A stretch of 64,000 nucleotides of DNA from a virus, in the IMG/VR virus record IMGVR_UViG_3300043331_000441, positions 1 through 64,000 of that record, one strand, 5' to 3'. Positions 9,522 to 18,562 of the stretch are shown piece by piece (positions within the stretch are counted from its first letter, which is position 1; every line of letters starts with the position of its first letter). Below the pieces are notes generated by a model. That model was not told the DNA's origin. It did not search any database and was given only the letters and a program-made list of their open reading frames with translations. The translations under genes and the position numbers were made by a program.

Positions 9522-9935
9522 ATGTCCACCATCTCAACTTTCTTCCACGTCCTCGACGGGGTAATCACCTATACATGGCCGATCATCTTCTCTCTCAGTC
9601 TGTACCTACACCATGTCGAGCGGCACAGACGACGCTTGGAAAGAGGCAAGTTCAGTAAGTGGAAGTACCGCACGTTCGGTGGCCCATACGCGGACTGGCA
9701 CTTCTTCCTCTACTGCGAATTTCCCGCGCTTGTCGTCCTGCTTGGCTCGGCCCTGACGATCAACAGTCGGTGGCCAGCGCATCTGTGGTGGATCTACATC
9801 GGTGTGCGCGACGCGGTGGACTGGATCACCGGCTCGGACGATCCGCCGTACCGGCGTTGGCTGGCCAGCCTTTCTGATGCGGTCAAGAAGCTCAAGATCG
9901 AGCCGCCGCCAAGGCCGGTGATCGAGCGAGCATGA
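9522..9935 (+). CDS. membrane protein
   Basis: Three hydrophobic segments. Confidence 0.65.
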   Translation: MSTISTFFHVLDGVITYTWPIIFSLSLYLHHVERHRRRLERGKFSKWKYRTFGGPYADWHFFLYCEFPALVVLLGSALTINSRWPAHLWWIYIGVRDAVDWITGSDDPPYRRWLASLSDAVKKLKIEPPPRPVIERA

Positions 9936-10330
9936 ACGCTGAACAGATCCAAAAAGCAGGTGAGATCGCCAACCGGGCGCCCGATCTACACCCATGGCAT
10001 GTTGCCCTGCAGGCGTGCAACGCCAGCGATGACTTCGACGGATATGTCGTCGGCCTCTTGCACGACTCGCTCGAAGACGCCTACGCGATGGTGGATGACC
10101 TCAGATCATTTCCCGAACACGTTCTTGCCGCCGTATTAACCCTCACTCGCAGAGAAGGAGAGACGTACTGGGACTACATCGAGCGCGTCCGGCAAAGCTC
10201 TGCGCTTGCGCGCAGGGTGAAGCTCGCGGACGCACGCATCAACCTCTCGCGCTGCGTCGCATCCGGTGATACATCGCGGGGCAAGCGATACCTACGCGTC
10301 ATCGACATCCTCACAAAGGAGGAAGCATGA
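9932..10330 (+). CDS. HD-domain hydrolase (RelA/SpoT-hydrolase-like small phage family)
   Basis: VGLLHDSLED...LTRREGETYWDYI...VKLADARINL. Confidence 0.75.
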   Translation: MNAEQIQKAGEIANRAPDLHPWHVALQACNASDDFDGYVVGLLHDSLEDAYAMVDDLRSFPEHVLAAVLTLTRREGETYWDYIERVRQSSALARRVKLADARINLSRCVASGDTSRGKRYLRVIDILTKEEA

Positions 10331-10551
10331 GCAGGATCGAAACACCAGAAGATCTGCAGGAGTTTTTCGAGACATGCGCCAAAGAGATCGACGTTGGCGA
10401 GTACTGGGATGCGCTAGGCATGTCGAGAGAGGCCCTGTACTGCATCGTGATGAACCTCTCCCATAACGTGGCCGAAGGGTTTCCACTTCCGGCTGCGCTG
10501 GAGATGGCGATGACATTCGGTGCGCAGCTCGCGCTGAGGCTCGCGCCATGA
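10327..10551 (+). CDS. hypothetical protein
   Basis: ATGA coupling. Confidence 0.65.
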   Translation: MSRIETPEDLQEFFETCAKEIDVGEYWDALGMSREALYCIVMNLSHNVAEGFPLPAALEMAMTFGAQLALRLAP

Positions 10552-10811
10552 GGGACATACGCATCACCTTCTCGCTTGACGCCTACGAATGGTGGGAGCG
10601 CACGATCGACTTGATCGCCGACGTAGGCGTTTTCTTCGTACGCATCTCGCCACCAGCAGGGGGCGCCCCGTTCGATGCGATGCTCTACGGCCGCGACCCG
10701 AACGGAGAGGTCGCCAACACCGTGATCGTGAGGCGCACAGACGCCGATGGGCTGGCATTGCCTGGCGCAGAGCGTGAGAGCATCGTCGCCGACAAGATCC
10801 ACATCTACTGA
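10548..10811 (+). CDS. hypothetical protein
   Basis: ATGA coupling. Confidence 0.65.
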   Translation: MRDIRITFSLDAYEWWERTIDLIADVGVFFVRISPPAGGAPFDAMLYGRDPNGEVANTVIVRRTDADGLALPGAERESIVADKIHIY

Positions 10812-10821
10812 GGGAGCTGCC

Positions 10822-11079
10822 ATGGGGGTCAATTTGGTCTGGGTGTGCCAACGACATCGGCGCTATCACCACTCCATGCGAGGAGAGGAGGGGATCGATT
10901 TCCAAGCGTTGATCAGCACTCCATCGGAGAACAGCAATGAATGTCCGGCGTACTGCTTCAGGACAGGGAATATCAGCGTTCATCGTGACGCTGATTTCGA
11001 CACAGCAGGGCTAACTGAATGGTGGCCTGTCTGGGAACAGCGGCCCGCAGAACTAAGGAGGCGACATGGCGCGCAATGA
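10822..11079 (+). CDS. hypothetical protein
   Basis: GAGGGAG RBS. Confidence 0.55.
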   Translation: MGVNLVWVCQRHRRYHHSMRGEEGIDFQALISTPSENSNECPAYCFRTGNISVHRDADFDTAGLTEWWPVWEQRPAELRRRHGAQ

Positions 11080-11356
11080 GACCCACGAGTACGTGCGGCG
11101 ACCAATCAGCAGCTACCGGTCCGTCGCCGATCACATCACCGACGTACAAAAGGCGGCAGAAGACCTGGAAAACGCCACAGTCGATTGCGAAATCGACTAC
11201 GACAGCGTCGTCATGTACGTCGAGGGCTACAGGTTACTGAGCGACGAAGAGCAGGCAGCGAAACGCGCTGCGCTGAACGAGGAGCTGGCCGCCGCGGACG
11301 AGCGCGACCGCGCGGAGTACGAACGGCTCAAGGCGAAGTTCGGAGGTGAGTCATGA
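11066..11356 (+). CDS. hypothetical protein
   Basis: AAGGAGG RBS. Confidence 0.7.
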   Translation: MARNETHEYVRRPISSYRSVADHITDVQKAAEDLENATVDCEIDYDSVVMYVEGYRLLSDEEQAAKRAALNEELAAADERDRAEYERLKAKFGGES

Positions 11357-11610
11357 CCGATATACGCGACGCCGAAGGGATGGCTCTCGCAGTGGGAACG
11401 AGGGTGCGCACCGGCACCGAAGAAGGGACCGTGGTTCGGATCACTGAGCCGGACGCCGACGTCAACGAGCACGGGGCGCCCGAATCGCTCGGCCCGCAGG
11501 TGATCGTCGAGTACGACAACGGCGACACGGAACATTGGGTCGCGCAGAATTGGGATGCTGGAGGTGAACTCGGATTCTTTCGTTGCGACGACGTCGATGT
11601 AGTCACATAG
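11353..11610 (+). CDS. hypothetical protein (SH3-like beta pattern)
   Basis: GGAGGT RBS; LAVGTRVRTG. Confidence 0.65.
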   Translation: MTDIRDAEGMALAVGTRVRTGTEEGTVVRITEPDADVNEHGAPESLGPQVIVEYDNGDTEHWVAQNWDAGGELGFFRCDDVDVVT

Positions 11611-11702
11611 GACCTCTGCGCGCCCGGGCGACCCACATCTGGGCGCTCACCTCGCGTGGGCGCCCGGAAAACATCCGAGTCAGGGGTGTTTTTCAAAAAG
11701 TA

Positions 11703-11711
11703 TGATATAAT
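11703..11711 (+). promoter_or_regulatory. extended -10 promoter
   Basis: TG-A-TATAAT in the most AT-rich intergenic stretch seen in the window. Confidence 0.65.
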
Positions 11712-11812
11712 GTAATTGGGAATACCCGTCCCTTTGCTCCTTCGTGGAGACCCGTGTGTGTGGGGGACAAGAGGTAACCCAATTCCTTAACCGGATGAAG
11801 GAGAGTGTGCCG

Positions 11813-12268
11813 ATGGCAACGCTGTCCGTCATTCGAGCACGCGCTGACGAGCTGCGGCATTTGCCGCATCTCACGCCTCTGCGTCTATTCAGGATTCTCT
11901 CTAGAGAGTTTCCTCATGCGGAGCGTGACTTTCTCGTCAGGGCGGCTCGGCTCGAAGGACACCCGCGCGGGGTGACGCCCGGTTGGGGGCGGCTTCACCC
12001 AGTGGTGGCCCGTTGGCAACCCAAGGGGCGCCCGGAAGAACCCGTGATCAAGACAGAAAGGAAGGTGGTTGCTGTGAACTACCCGGAGATAACCATCGAG
12101 GCGCGGGAGTTGCGCGCCACAGACTGGCTCGTAGGGCATGGCCTGATGAAGAAGCTCGGTAACTACGGCACGATGATCATGATCTGGCTCTACGACGGCA
12201 CAGTGATTCACTTCAGCCCACGCGAGCATGTGCGTGTACGACTCGAAGATCGCGGCGAAACCAGCTAA
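11813..12268 (+). CDS. hypothetical protein
   Basis: GAAGGAG RBS before ATG 11813. Confidence 0.6.
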   Translation: MATLSVIRARADELRHLPHLTPLRLFRILSREFPHAERDFLVRAARLEGHPRGVTPGWGRLHPVVARWQPKGRPEEPVIKTERKVVAVNYPEITIEARELRATDWLVGHGLMKKLGNYGTMIMIWLYDGTVIHFSPREHVRVRLEDRGETS

Positions 12269-12280
12269 GGAAGGAGACAA

Positions 12281-12496
12281 ATGGCAGAACCTGTTGCGCA
12301 GACCAGCATTTACCTGAACACCGAAGATCGGCAGATCCTGGAACAGCTCCAGGCGAGCACGGGTCTAGGTCGCTCGGCGGTAGTCAGGCTTGCGCTGCAC
12401 CGCGTGGCACAAGAGGACGCGGGCATGGAGCAGATGAATCGGCTGGCCAAGATAAAGGCGGCGGCCGAAGAGATCATTTCTCTTACTCAGGCATAG
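12281..12496 (+). CDS. ribbon-helix-helix (CopG-like) DNA-binding protein
   Basis: TSIYLNTEDRQILEQLQASTGLGRSAVVRLAL. Confidence 0.75.
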   Translation: MAEPVAQTSIYLNTEDRQILEQLQASTGLGRSAVVRLALHRVAQEDAGMEQMNRLAKIKAAAEEIISLTQA

Positions 12497-12505
12497 GATA
12501 GATCT

Positions 12506-12700
12506 ATGCCTGAGTCTCCATGTCAGGGCTGTGGACAACTAACACTGCACACAGACGATGACAGTACTCCCACATGCGAATTGTGTGCGGAGAAGCTGAT
12601 GTGGTGGAAGATCATCATCGATATCGCTGAGGGCCGCATCAAAGTCAAATACGACGATGACGGGCGCCCCATCGTTCCCGGTGTTCCACCATCAGGGTGA
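12506..12700 (+). CDS. small Zn-finger protein
   Basis: CQGC...CELC. Confidence 0.55.
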   Translation: MPESPCQGCGQLTLHTDDDSTPTCELCAEKLMWWKIIIDIAEGRIKVKYDDDGRPIVPGVPPSG

Positions 12701-12775
12701 TCATGTGGGGCGGCATGTCCGCCCCACATGATATTGAAAACGTCGATCCATATGGGAGCGAGGTGAAATGGAATC

Positions 12776-12973
12776 GTGTTTTCCCGCAACGACATTATCC
12801 GGGAATATTTTCGTCTCTGTGATCTCGTGAATGAGGTGGAGGAGACGACCGATCTGCTCGACGCAGAAGAAGCACAAGCGATGCGTGAACGCTATAGCGC
12901 CCGTGCTGAAGCGGTACTCGACTTCTACAGAGAGGAGAGGCGCCGGGCAGAACGCGTGGGCACCCGGCAGTAG
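12776..12973 (+). CDS. hypothetical protein
   Basis: Helical ORF, start uncertain. Confidence 0.5.
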   Translation: MFSRNDIIREYFRLCDLVNEVEETTDLLDAEEAQAMRERYSARAEAVLDFYREERRRAERVGTRQ

Positions 12974-12998
12974 CCTCAAGAACTGAAAGGAGAACATT

Positions 12999-13961
12999 TT
13001 GGATAGGGACAAGCTGAACGCTTGCATCGAACAGCTCGATGAGGTGGTCGATTGGAAGCGCGGTAGTGTCGTCGAACTGGCGGTAAAGCTCGAAGACGAC
13101 GAGTACTACGTCGATCTTGGCGCGTTCGGCGAGCAGACGATGTACGTCTGCCAGGAGAGCGACTACTACCCGATCGACGTCGATCAGGTGATGGATCATG
13201 CGCCGCGGGACGTCGAGGAGATCAGAGACACGCTACGCGAAATCCTCGAAGCAGAGGATGAGAAGGAACCATCCTCGCTCGATGATGTACTCGCGCAGAT
13301 GGCGGCAACTGGAACATCAGACGAGAAAAAGCTCGCGCTCGTGCTCATGGCCGTCGCCGACGCCGTCCGTCACTTCCCAACGACCGGTGCCGTGGGGGCG
13401 CCCCCAGCGCTGCCTGCGACACCGGCCCCGTGGCCCGGAGCGCTACGGGACAACATCGACTACACGGCGGATGACTTCCCTCTGCGCTACCAGCCGCCGC
13501 CCGGCTATGTGTGGACGAAGGCAAAAGGAACTACGCCGGTCCCGTATACCGAGGCAGAAAAGCTCGACTGCGAAGCGTTGCGCAGCGGCTCCGGCGTGGG
13601 CGAGATGATCCTGGACGCCAATGGGTGCATCTCATGGATCAAGCGCGACGGGGACGAGCTTGCTGACGACAACGGCCGCTGGGCACTCTGGTTGCACGAG
13701 CGGGACGGCATTCCCGCGGGCAACGGCAATCACAACCACAACACGCTGCCCCTGCCAATCGCCGAGCGTGGTGCACGGATGAACGGCTGGGTCGATAGCA
13801 GCGGGCGTTCGTCGGCGTGGCGGACCACAAGCGACTGGGATACGGCCAGGAGACGGATCGAGCAGATGCGGGCGGAGTACACGAACACGTCTGTGGTCGA
13901 GACGCCCGCAGAAGAGAAGCCGAAGGAAGAGTTCGCGCCGCCTGAGCCAGTCACGCTCTAA
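12999..13961 (+). CDS. acidic hypothetical protein upstream of MoxR-vWA pair
   Basis: GAAAGGAGAAC + TTG; 320 aa. Confidence 0.75.
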   Translation: MDRDKLNACIEQLDEVVDWKRGSVVELAVKLEDDEYYVDLGAFGEQTMYVCQESDYYPIDVDQVMDHAPRDVEEIRDTLREILEAEDEKEPSSLDDVLAQMAATGTSDEKKLALVLMAVADAVRHFPTTGAVGAPPALPATPAPWPGALRDNIDYTADDFPLRYQPPPGYVWTKAKGTTPVPYTEAEKLDCEALRSGSGVGEMILDANGCISWIKRDGDELADDNGRWALWLHERDGIPAGNGNHNHNTLPLPIAERGARMNGWVDSSGRSSAWRTTSDWDTARRRIEQMRAEYTNTSVVETPAEEKPKEEFAPPEPVTL

Positions 13962-13988
13962 GCCTCTCGCAAAGAAAAGGAGAACGAA

Positions 13989-14738
13989 TTGGCAAGCATT
14001 GCTGTGCCGGATGACGGCGGCTGGACCATCGCCAAAGCAGTGATTGGGCACGTCCCCAACCTTCTTCTCTGGGGTGTGCCCGGAACAGGCAAGAGCACGT
14101 TCGCGTGCGTCGAAGGCGCGTATGAGTGGTATCGCATCTACTGCCACGAAGAGATGTCCGACATGGACATCGTGGGCGGTGCGTCGCTCCGTAACGAGGG
14201 CGGCGCAACCGTTAGCGGCCACTCAGATGGAGTCGGTTTGCGTGCGTGGCGGGAAGGCAAGCGCCTGGTGATTGACGAGATTGACAAAGCGGGCGGCTCC
14301 GCGCTGACCGCCCTCCTCGCGATCACCGAAGATCACTCGACGGCCGCATACACGATCCCGCTCACGGGCGAGACCGTGCGGCCGAACGAGAAATTCCACT
14401 GCATCGCAACGATGAACGGATCTCCCGACGAGCTGCCCGAAGCGTTGCGCGACCGGTTCACGGTCAAGATCGAGATCAGCCAGCCGCATGAGAAGGCGAT
14501 TTCGGCCCTGACCGAGGACCTGAAGCTGGCAGCGAAGGCGTCCGCCAGTCTCGAAGATGACCGGCGCGTCTCGATTCGTGGCTGGCGTGCGTTCGCGACG
14601 TTGCGTCACGCGATTGGGGACGAGCAAATGGCCGCGCTGGCTGTGTTCGGAATGCCGCGCGCGCAGGAGATCTGCGACGCATTGCAGATCGTGCGCAACG
14701 GTGCCGACCCGGAGGCGCTCGCGGCCCTTTACCAGTAA
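13989..14738 (+). CDS. MoxR/CbbQ-family AAA+ ATPase
   Basis: Walker A GVPGTGKS, Walker B LVIDEIDK, IATMN, ALRDRF. Confidence 0.9.
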   Translation: MASIAVPDDGGWTIAKAVIGHVPNLLLWGVPGTGKSTFACVEGAYEWYRIYCHEEMSDMDIVGGASLRNEGGATVSGHSDGVGLRAWREGKRLVIDEIDKAGGSALTALLAITEDHSTAAYTIPLTGETVRPNEKFHCIATMNGSPDELPEALRDRFTVKIEISQPHEKAISALTEDLKLAAKASASLEDDRRVSIRGWRAFATLRHAIGDEQMAALAVFGMPRAQEICDALQIVRNGADPEALAALYQ

Positions 14739-14747
14739 GGAGCGGAC

Positions 14748-16046
14748 ATGGCGCGCAAGAAGAAGCAGGTGAAGGCGAAGCCGTTCCCGGAAGCGATCGA
14801 CGGGCGCCCTTGGACGATCAGAGAGTCCCCCACCCCCCGCAATGCGGGGGTGGGGGAAAGCATGATGCTCGTACCGCTCGGTACGGATACAAGGGAACGA
14901 GCCGTGCGTCTGCACGAAATGATGCACGTGAAGATCACGCCAACGTGGGCATTGCCGCAGGCTGCGCAAGAGCACAATCTCCCAGAGGACATCTTGCAGA
15001 ACTGCGAGGACGCACGCGTGCATGGGCACCTGAGGCGACTCGGGTTCGCGGAAGAGATGAAGGAGATGTCTGGTGTGATCTCCGATTTCGAGATCAATCA
15101 GATTGCCAAGCACGGCTCGCTGACGCAGGTGGCTGCGATGAGTGCGGCCATGAGCGGAACAGGCGAATGGCCTCGTCTGCGAGCCGCGATCAACAACCAT
15201 GCCAGGGAAGGTTCGCCGAAATATTGGGCGTTCCACACCGGAAGCAAGCTCGCGATAAAGGCGATGCGGGACCCGGTTGAGCTTCCAGAGCTGGAGCGTT
15301 CGATCGAGCTGTGCCAGCAGATCGTCGAGTTGTTCGGCGACCCAGGACGCCCCGAGGACCCGCCTGCGGTCGAGGTGATGCCTGCCGAACACATCTACGA
15401 GATGGCCAACACGGGACAGCTAAACAACAAACAGGGCGGCGCGCCACAAACGTTCAAGAATCGAACGTTCGAAGAGCATGAGGACATGGAGGGCTGGCAC
15501 GAGATGGAGATCGTGGAGCCGCCGCTCACGGTGCGACTGCCGAAAGAGATGCGGGTAAAGCCGCGCAAGATTCCGGAGGCGTACGGCAGACGGCTCCGGC
15601 GTGTGGGGCGACTCCACCACGACGGGCGTGTGTTTGCACGCAAGCTACGCAAGCCCGGTGGCGGGGCGGTGCTGATCGACGTGTCCGGCAGCATGCAGCT
15701 CACGAGCGAGGACGTGCTCCGACTCGTCGAAAAATATCCCGGCGGCGTGATCGCCACCTACTGCGGCGAAGGCGACGGCCGTCATGGGAAGGGCTGGCTG
15801 ACGGTGATCGCGCGCAACGGGATGCGTTGCGAGGATGCGGAGATGGCACCACGCGCAGGATGGAACGCAATCGATGGCCCCGCGCTTGACTGGATCGCAA
15901 AGCATCCTGGCCCTCGCTTCTGGATCTCTGACGCAAAGGTGCACGGAGGTGCGATCGGGCGTACCTACTGCCTCGGTGTCTGTTTGCGCCACAACATCAA
16001 GCGCGTGGACAACGCCAATGAGATCCTGGGGCGCCCTAGCGAGTAG
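14748..16046 (+). CDS. vWA (MIDAS) domain protein, MoxR partner
   Basis: VLIDVSGSM; N-terminal LHE metallopeptidase-like motif; adjacent to MoxR. Confidence 0.8.
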   Translation: MARKKKQVKAKPFPEAIDGRPWTIRESPTPRNAGVGESMMLVPLGTDTRERAVRLHEMMHVKITPTWALPQAAQEHNLPEDILQNCEDARVHGHLRRLGFAEEMKEMSGVISDFEINQIAKHGSLTQVAAMSAAMSGTGEWPRLRAAINNHAREGSPKYWAFHTGSKLAIKAMRDPVELPELERSIELCQQIVELFGDPGRPEDPPAVEVMPAEHIYEMANTGQLNNKQGGAPQTFKNRTFEEHEDMEGWHEMEIVEPPLTVRLPKEMRVKPRKIPEAYGRRLRRVGRLHHDGRVFARKLRKPGGGAVLIDVSGSMQLTSEDVLRLVEKYPGGVIATYCGEGDGRHGKGWLTVIARNGMRCEDAEMAPRAGWNAIDGPALDWIAKHPGPRFWISDAKVHGGAIGRTYCLGVCLRHNIKRVDNANEILGRPSE

Positions 16047-16179
16047 AGTGCGCATCAGAGAAAGGGCGAGGGAGAGGCTGGACACCCCTCCCTCGCAGAC
16101 CCGGAGAAAGGAGAACGCAAACGCCGGGTCGTTGCGAGTCTAACCAGAAAGGAGGACAAGTGACGGACGGTGTGTTGGG

Positions 16180-16953
16180 ATGCAGTTGAAGGAACCGCAT
16201 CCCCTGACCAAGCTGATTCCGGAAACGGCCGATCAGGACGCACTCGCAATAGAGATTGCGCAGGACGGCCTACGCGACCCAGTGATCTTGTATGAGGGCA
16301 AGATCATCGAAGGTCGGGTGCGCTATCGCGCATGGTTCCAGATAGCGCCAATCGTCAACCTCGGACGAGGTCGATCAGGCCAACATGGGCCACCTACGCG
16401 TGATTGGGTGCTCGATCACGACGGAGACGTCCTCGATTGGATGGTGCGACGTTATGTCGAGCAATACGCACCAACTGGCCTCGACGCAATCAAACTCGCG
16501 GCCGCCGTGTTGCCTCACTACCGCGCTATGCGCGGCCAGACCGAAAAGCGTCTCTACGAGGCGCTAGGTGGCGTGATTTCTTGGAACAAAATCCGCGCTC
16601 TCAATGGGCTAGAAGAGGCGGGTGCCCTCGATCGTGTGCTCAGTGGGGAACAGGATATTTACGAAGCTGCTCGCACGATCGGTCTCGCCTCAGATAAGCG
16701 CGGCATCGCGCTTGGCAAAAGCTACGGGGCAGGTGACAAGTTTGATCAAGCCATCTTGCCGCTGAAGCGATATCTCGCTGCCTGGAAACGAAAGAACTAC
16801 GAGTTTCGCCACGTCCCACCCAAGGAGGCATCACGAAGACTCTTATTGATCGACTCGGCAATCGAAGAACTCCAGGCAATGCGCCTGGACATCGCAAGGC
16901 GAGCGGTGGAGGCACGTCTGTCGGCCCCGCCAGAAAGGAAGGTGAGAGAGTGA
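16180..16953 (+). CDS. ParB/Srx-like N-domain protein
   Basis: HPLTKLIP...GLRDPVILYEGKIIEGRVRYRA. Confidence 0.65.
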   Translation: MQLKEPHPLTKLIPETADQDALAIEIAQDGLRDPVILYEGKIIEGRVRYRAWFQIAPIVNLGRGRSGQHGPPTRDWVLDHDGDVLDWMVRRYVEQYAPTGLDAIKLAAAVLPHYRAMRGQTEKRLYEALGGVISWNKIRALNGLEEAGALDRVLSGEQDIYEAARTIGLASDKRGIALGKSYGAGDKFDQAILPLKRYLAAWKRKNYEFRHVPPKEASRRLLLIDSAIEELQAMRLDIARRAVEARLSAPPERKVRE

Positions 16954-17609
16954 GCGGACTGCCGCCGCAGGCTCTACGACGCCCTGACGACGGTAGTTTC
17001 GTGGTCTCCAACGTTGATCTCACACAACTCAGTCAACTGCAGCGACTTGCTGTTGGCGTCCAGATCTGGGATCAGGTGCGAGCGTTGAAAACGGCGAACG
17101 GCGAATACCGTCCGCGTGATCCACATCAGAGTCGCGTCAAATCAGGCATCGGTTCAATGGAGGACATTGACCGTGCCGTTGCCGTCGCGGTGAACGTCCC
17201 ACATACCGCGCTCAGCCGAGTGCGCCCGTGCTTGCTGCAGCGGCCTGATCTTCTCAGGCGGTTGCAGGCAGGCGAGTTCGAAACGCTGAACGCGTTTCTC
17301 CGTGAGGCGGGCTTCTTGGTGAAAGGCACTCTCGCTGAGGGGCGCCCCTCCATGGCCAAACACAAAAGAGCATTCTTTGGCCATGGGGATAAGTTCGAGG
17401 GTGCCATCGAACCACTCAATCGCTATTTCCATACGTGGGAAAAGCGTGACTACAAATTCACGCATGTCCCGCCGCGATTGGCGAAGAAAAGAGTTGCGAA
17501 GATTGATAGGCTGATCGAGCAACTTGAACGTGCAAAAGCGGATCTCGAACAGCGGTCGCACGTTGCGACTCTGAGCGCTCCGCGAGAAGAAAGGAGAACA
17601 CGTAAGTGA
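16950..17609 (+). CDS. hypothetical protein, C-terminal domain paralogous to upstream gene
   Basis: GDKF...PLNRY...W..RDYKFTHVPP shared with 16180..16953. Confidence 0.7.
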   Translation: MSGLPPQALRRPDDGSFVVSNVDLTQLSQLQRLAVGVQIWDQVRALKTANGEYRPRDPHQSRVKSGIGSMEDIDRAVAVAVNVPHTALSRVRPCLLQRPDLLRRLQAGEFETLNAFLREAGFLVKGTLAEGRPSMAKHKRAFFGHGDKFEGAIEPLNRYFHTWEKRDYKFTHVPPRLAKKRVAKIDRLIEQLERAKADLEQRSHVATLSAPREERRTRK

Positions 17610-18394
17610 ATGGCTACAACGGCCACTTCGAGTTGGTCAACCCGAAGGAAATCGTGGTCGACCACCGGTATCAGCGTCCGCTCAAGAGCACGCTGGTGTC
17701 TCTGATCGCGCAGAACCCGTCTTGGGAACTGTTCGGCGTGCCGACGTGCTTCAAGCGCAAGAACGGCATGACCTACGTGGCAGACGGCCAGCAGCGGATC
17801 GCCGGAATCTTGCAGTCGGAGAAGCCTCCGGCGAAGATCCCGATCGTCTGGTTCGAGCTGGAAGACCTCGAAGACGAGGCGGCGGTGTTCGTGGCGATCA
17901 ATGAGTACCGCAAGGCATTGCAGCCGATCGAGAAGCACAAGGGCAAGATCATTGCCCGTGACGAGTCGACGTTGGCGATCGAACGGGCCGTTGCGAAGGC
18001 CGGATTCACGATCGACAACTATGTCGGCACCGGTGCGGCCGGTGCGCGCACGATCCAGGCGGTCGCAGCCGTCAACTGGATCTACAACCGGATCGGCGAG
18101 GAGGGCGTCTTGCAGGCGCTGACCTGCATCCGGGAGGCGTGGCCGGACGATCGTGATGGGATCACGGCTCACATGCTGCGCGCAGTGGGCGGGCTGATCG
18201 AAGAGCAGGGTGACAACTACAACCGCACTCGGATGATCACGGCGTTGAAGAAGACGCAGCCGCATCTCGTGATGCGCGAAGCGTCGCGGCTGGAGCTGGT
18301 GACCGGCGGCTCGAAGGGAACGCGTGTGCGCTTCGCATTCGCGAACCTGGCTGGCCTGAAGATGCCGAAGGACGCGGTAGCGCGCAAGCGCTAG
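17606..18394 (+). CDS. DUF6551/ParB-like protein
   Basis: IVVDHRYQRPL...YVADGQQR. Confidence 0.75.
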   Translation: MNGYNGHFELVNPKEIVVDHRYQRPLKSTLVSLIAQNPSWELFGVPTCFKRKNGMTYVADGQQRIAGILQSEKPPAKIPIVWFELEDLEDEAAVFVAINEYRKALQPIEKHKGKIIARDESTLAIERAVAKAGFTIDNYVGTGAAGARTIQAVAAVNWIYNRIGEEGVLQALTCIREAWPDDRDGITAHMLRAVGGLIEEQGDNYNRTRMITALKKTQPHLVMREASRLELVTGGSKGTRVRFAFANLAGLKMPKDAVARKR

Positions 18395-18562
18395 AGAGGC
18401 ACGACCCCGGAGAACGGCGGGGCGCCCCTCGCTTCGGCCTTCGAGCAGTCCCGAAGCGATTTCCTTTCCAAGCTTGGCAGCGCAGAACGCTCCACGCGTT
18501 GTGCGGTGCCTAGCACCCTGCGTGCGCATAACGCGCCGCAGCAGAGGAAAGGAGAAGCCCAA

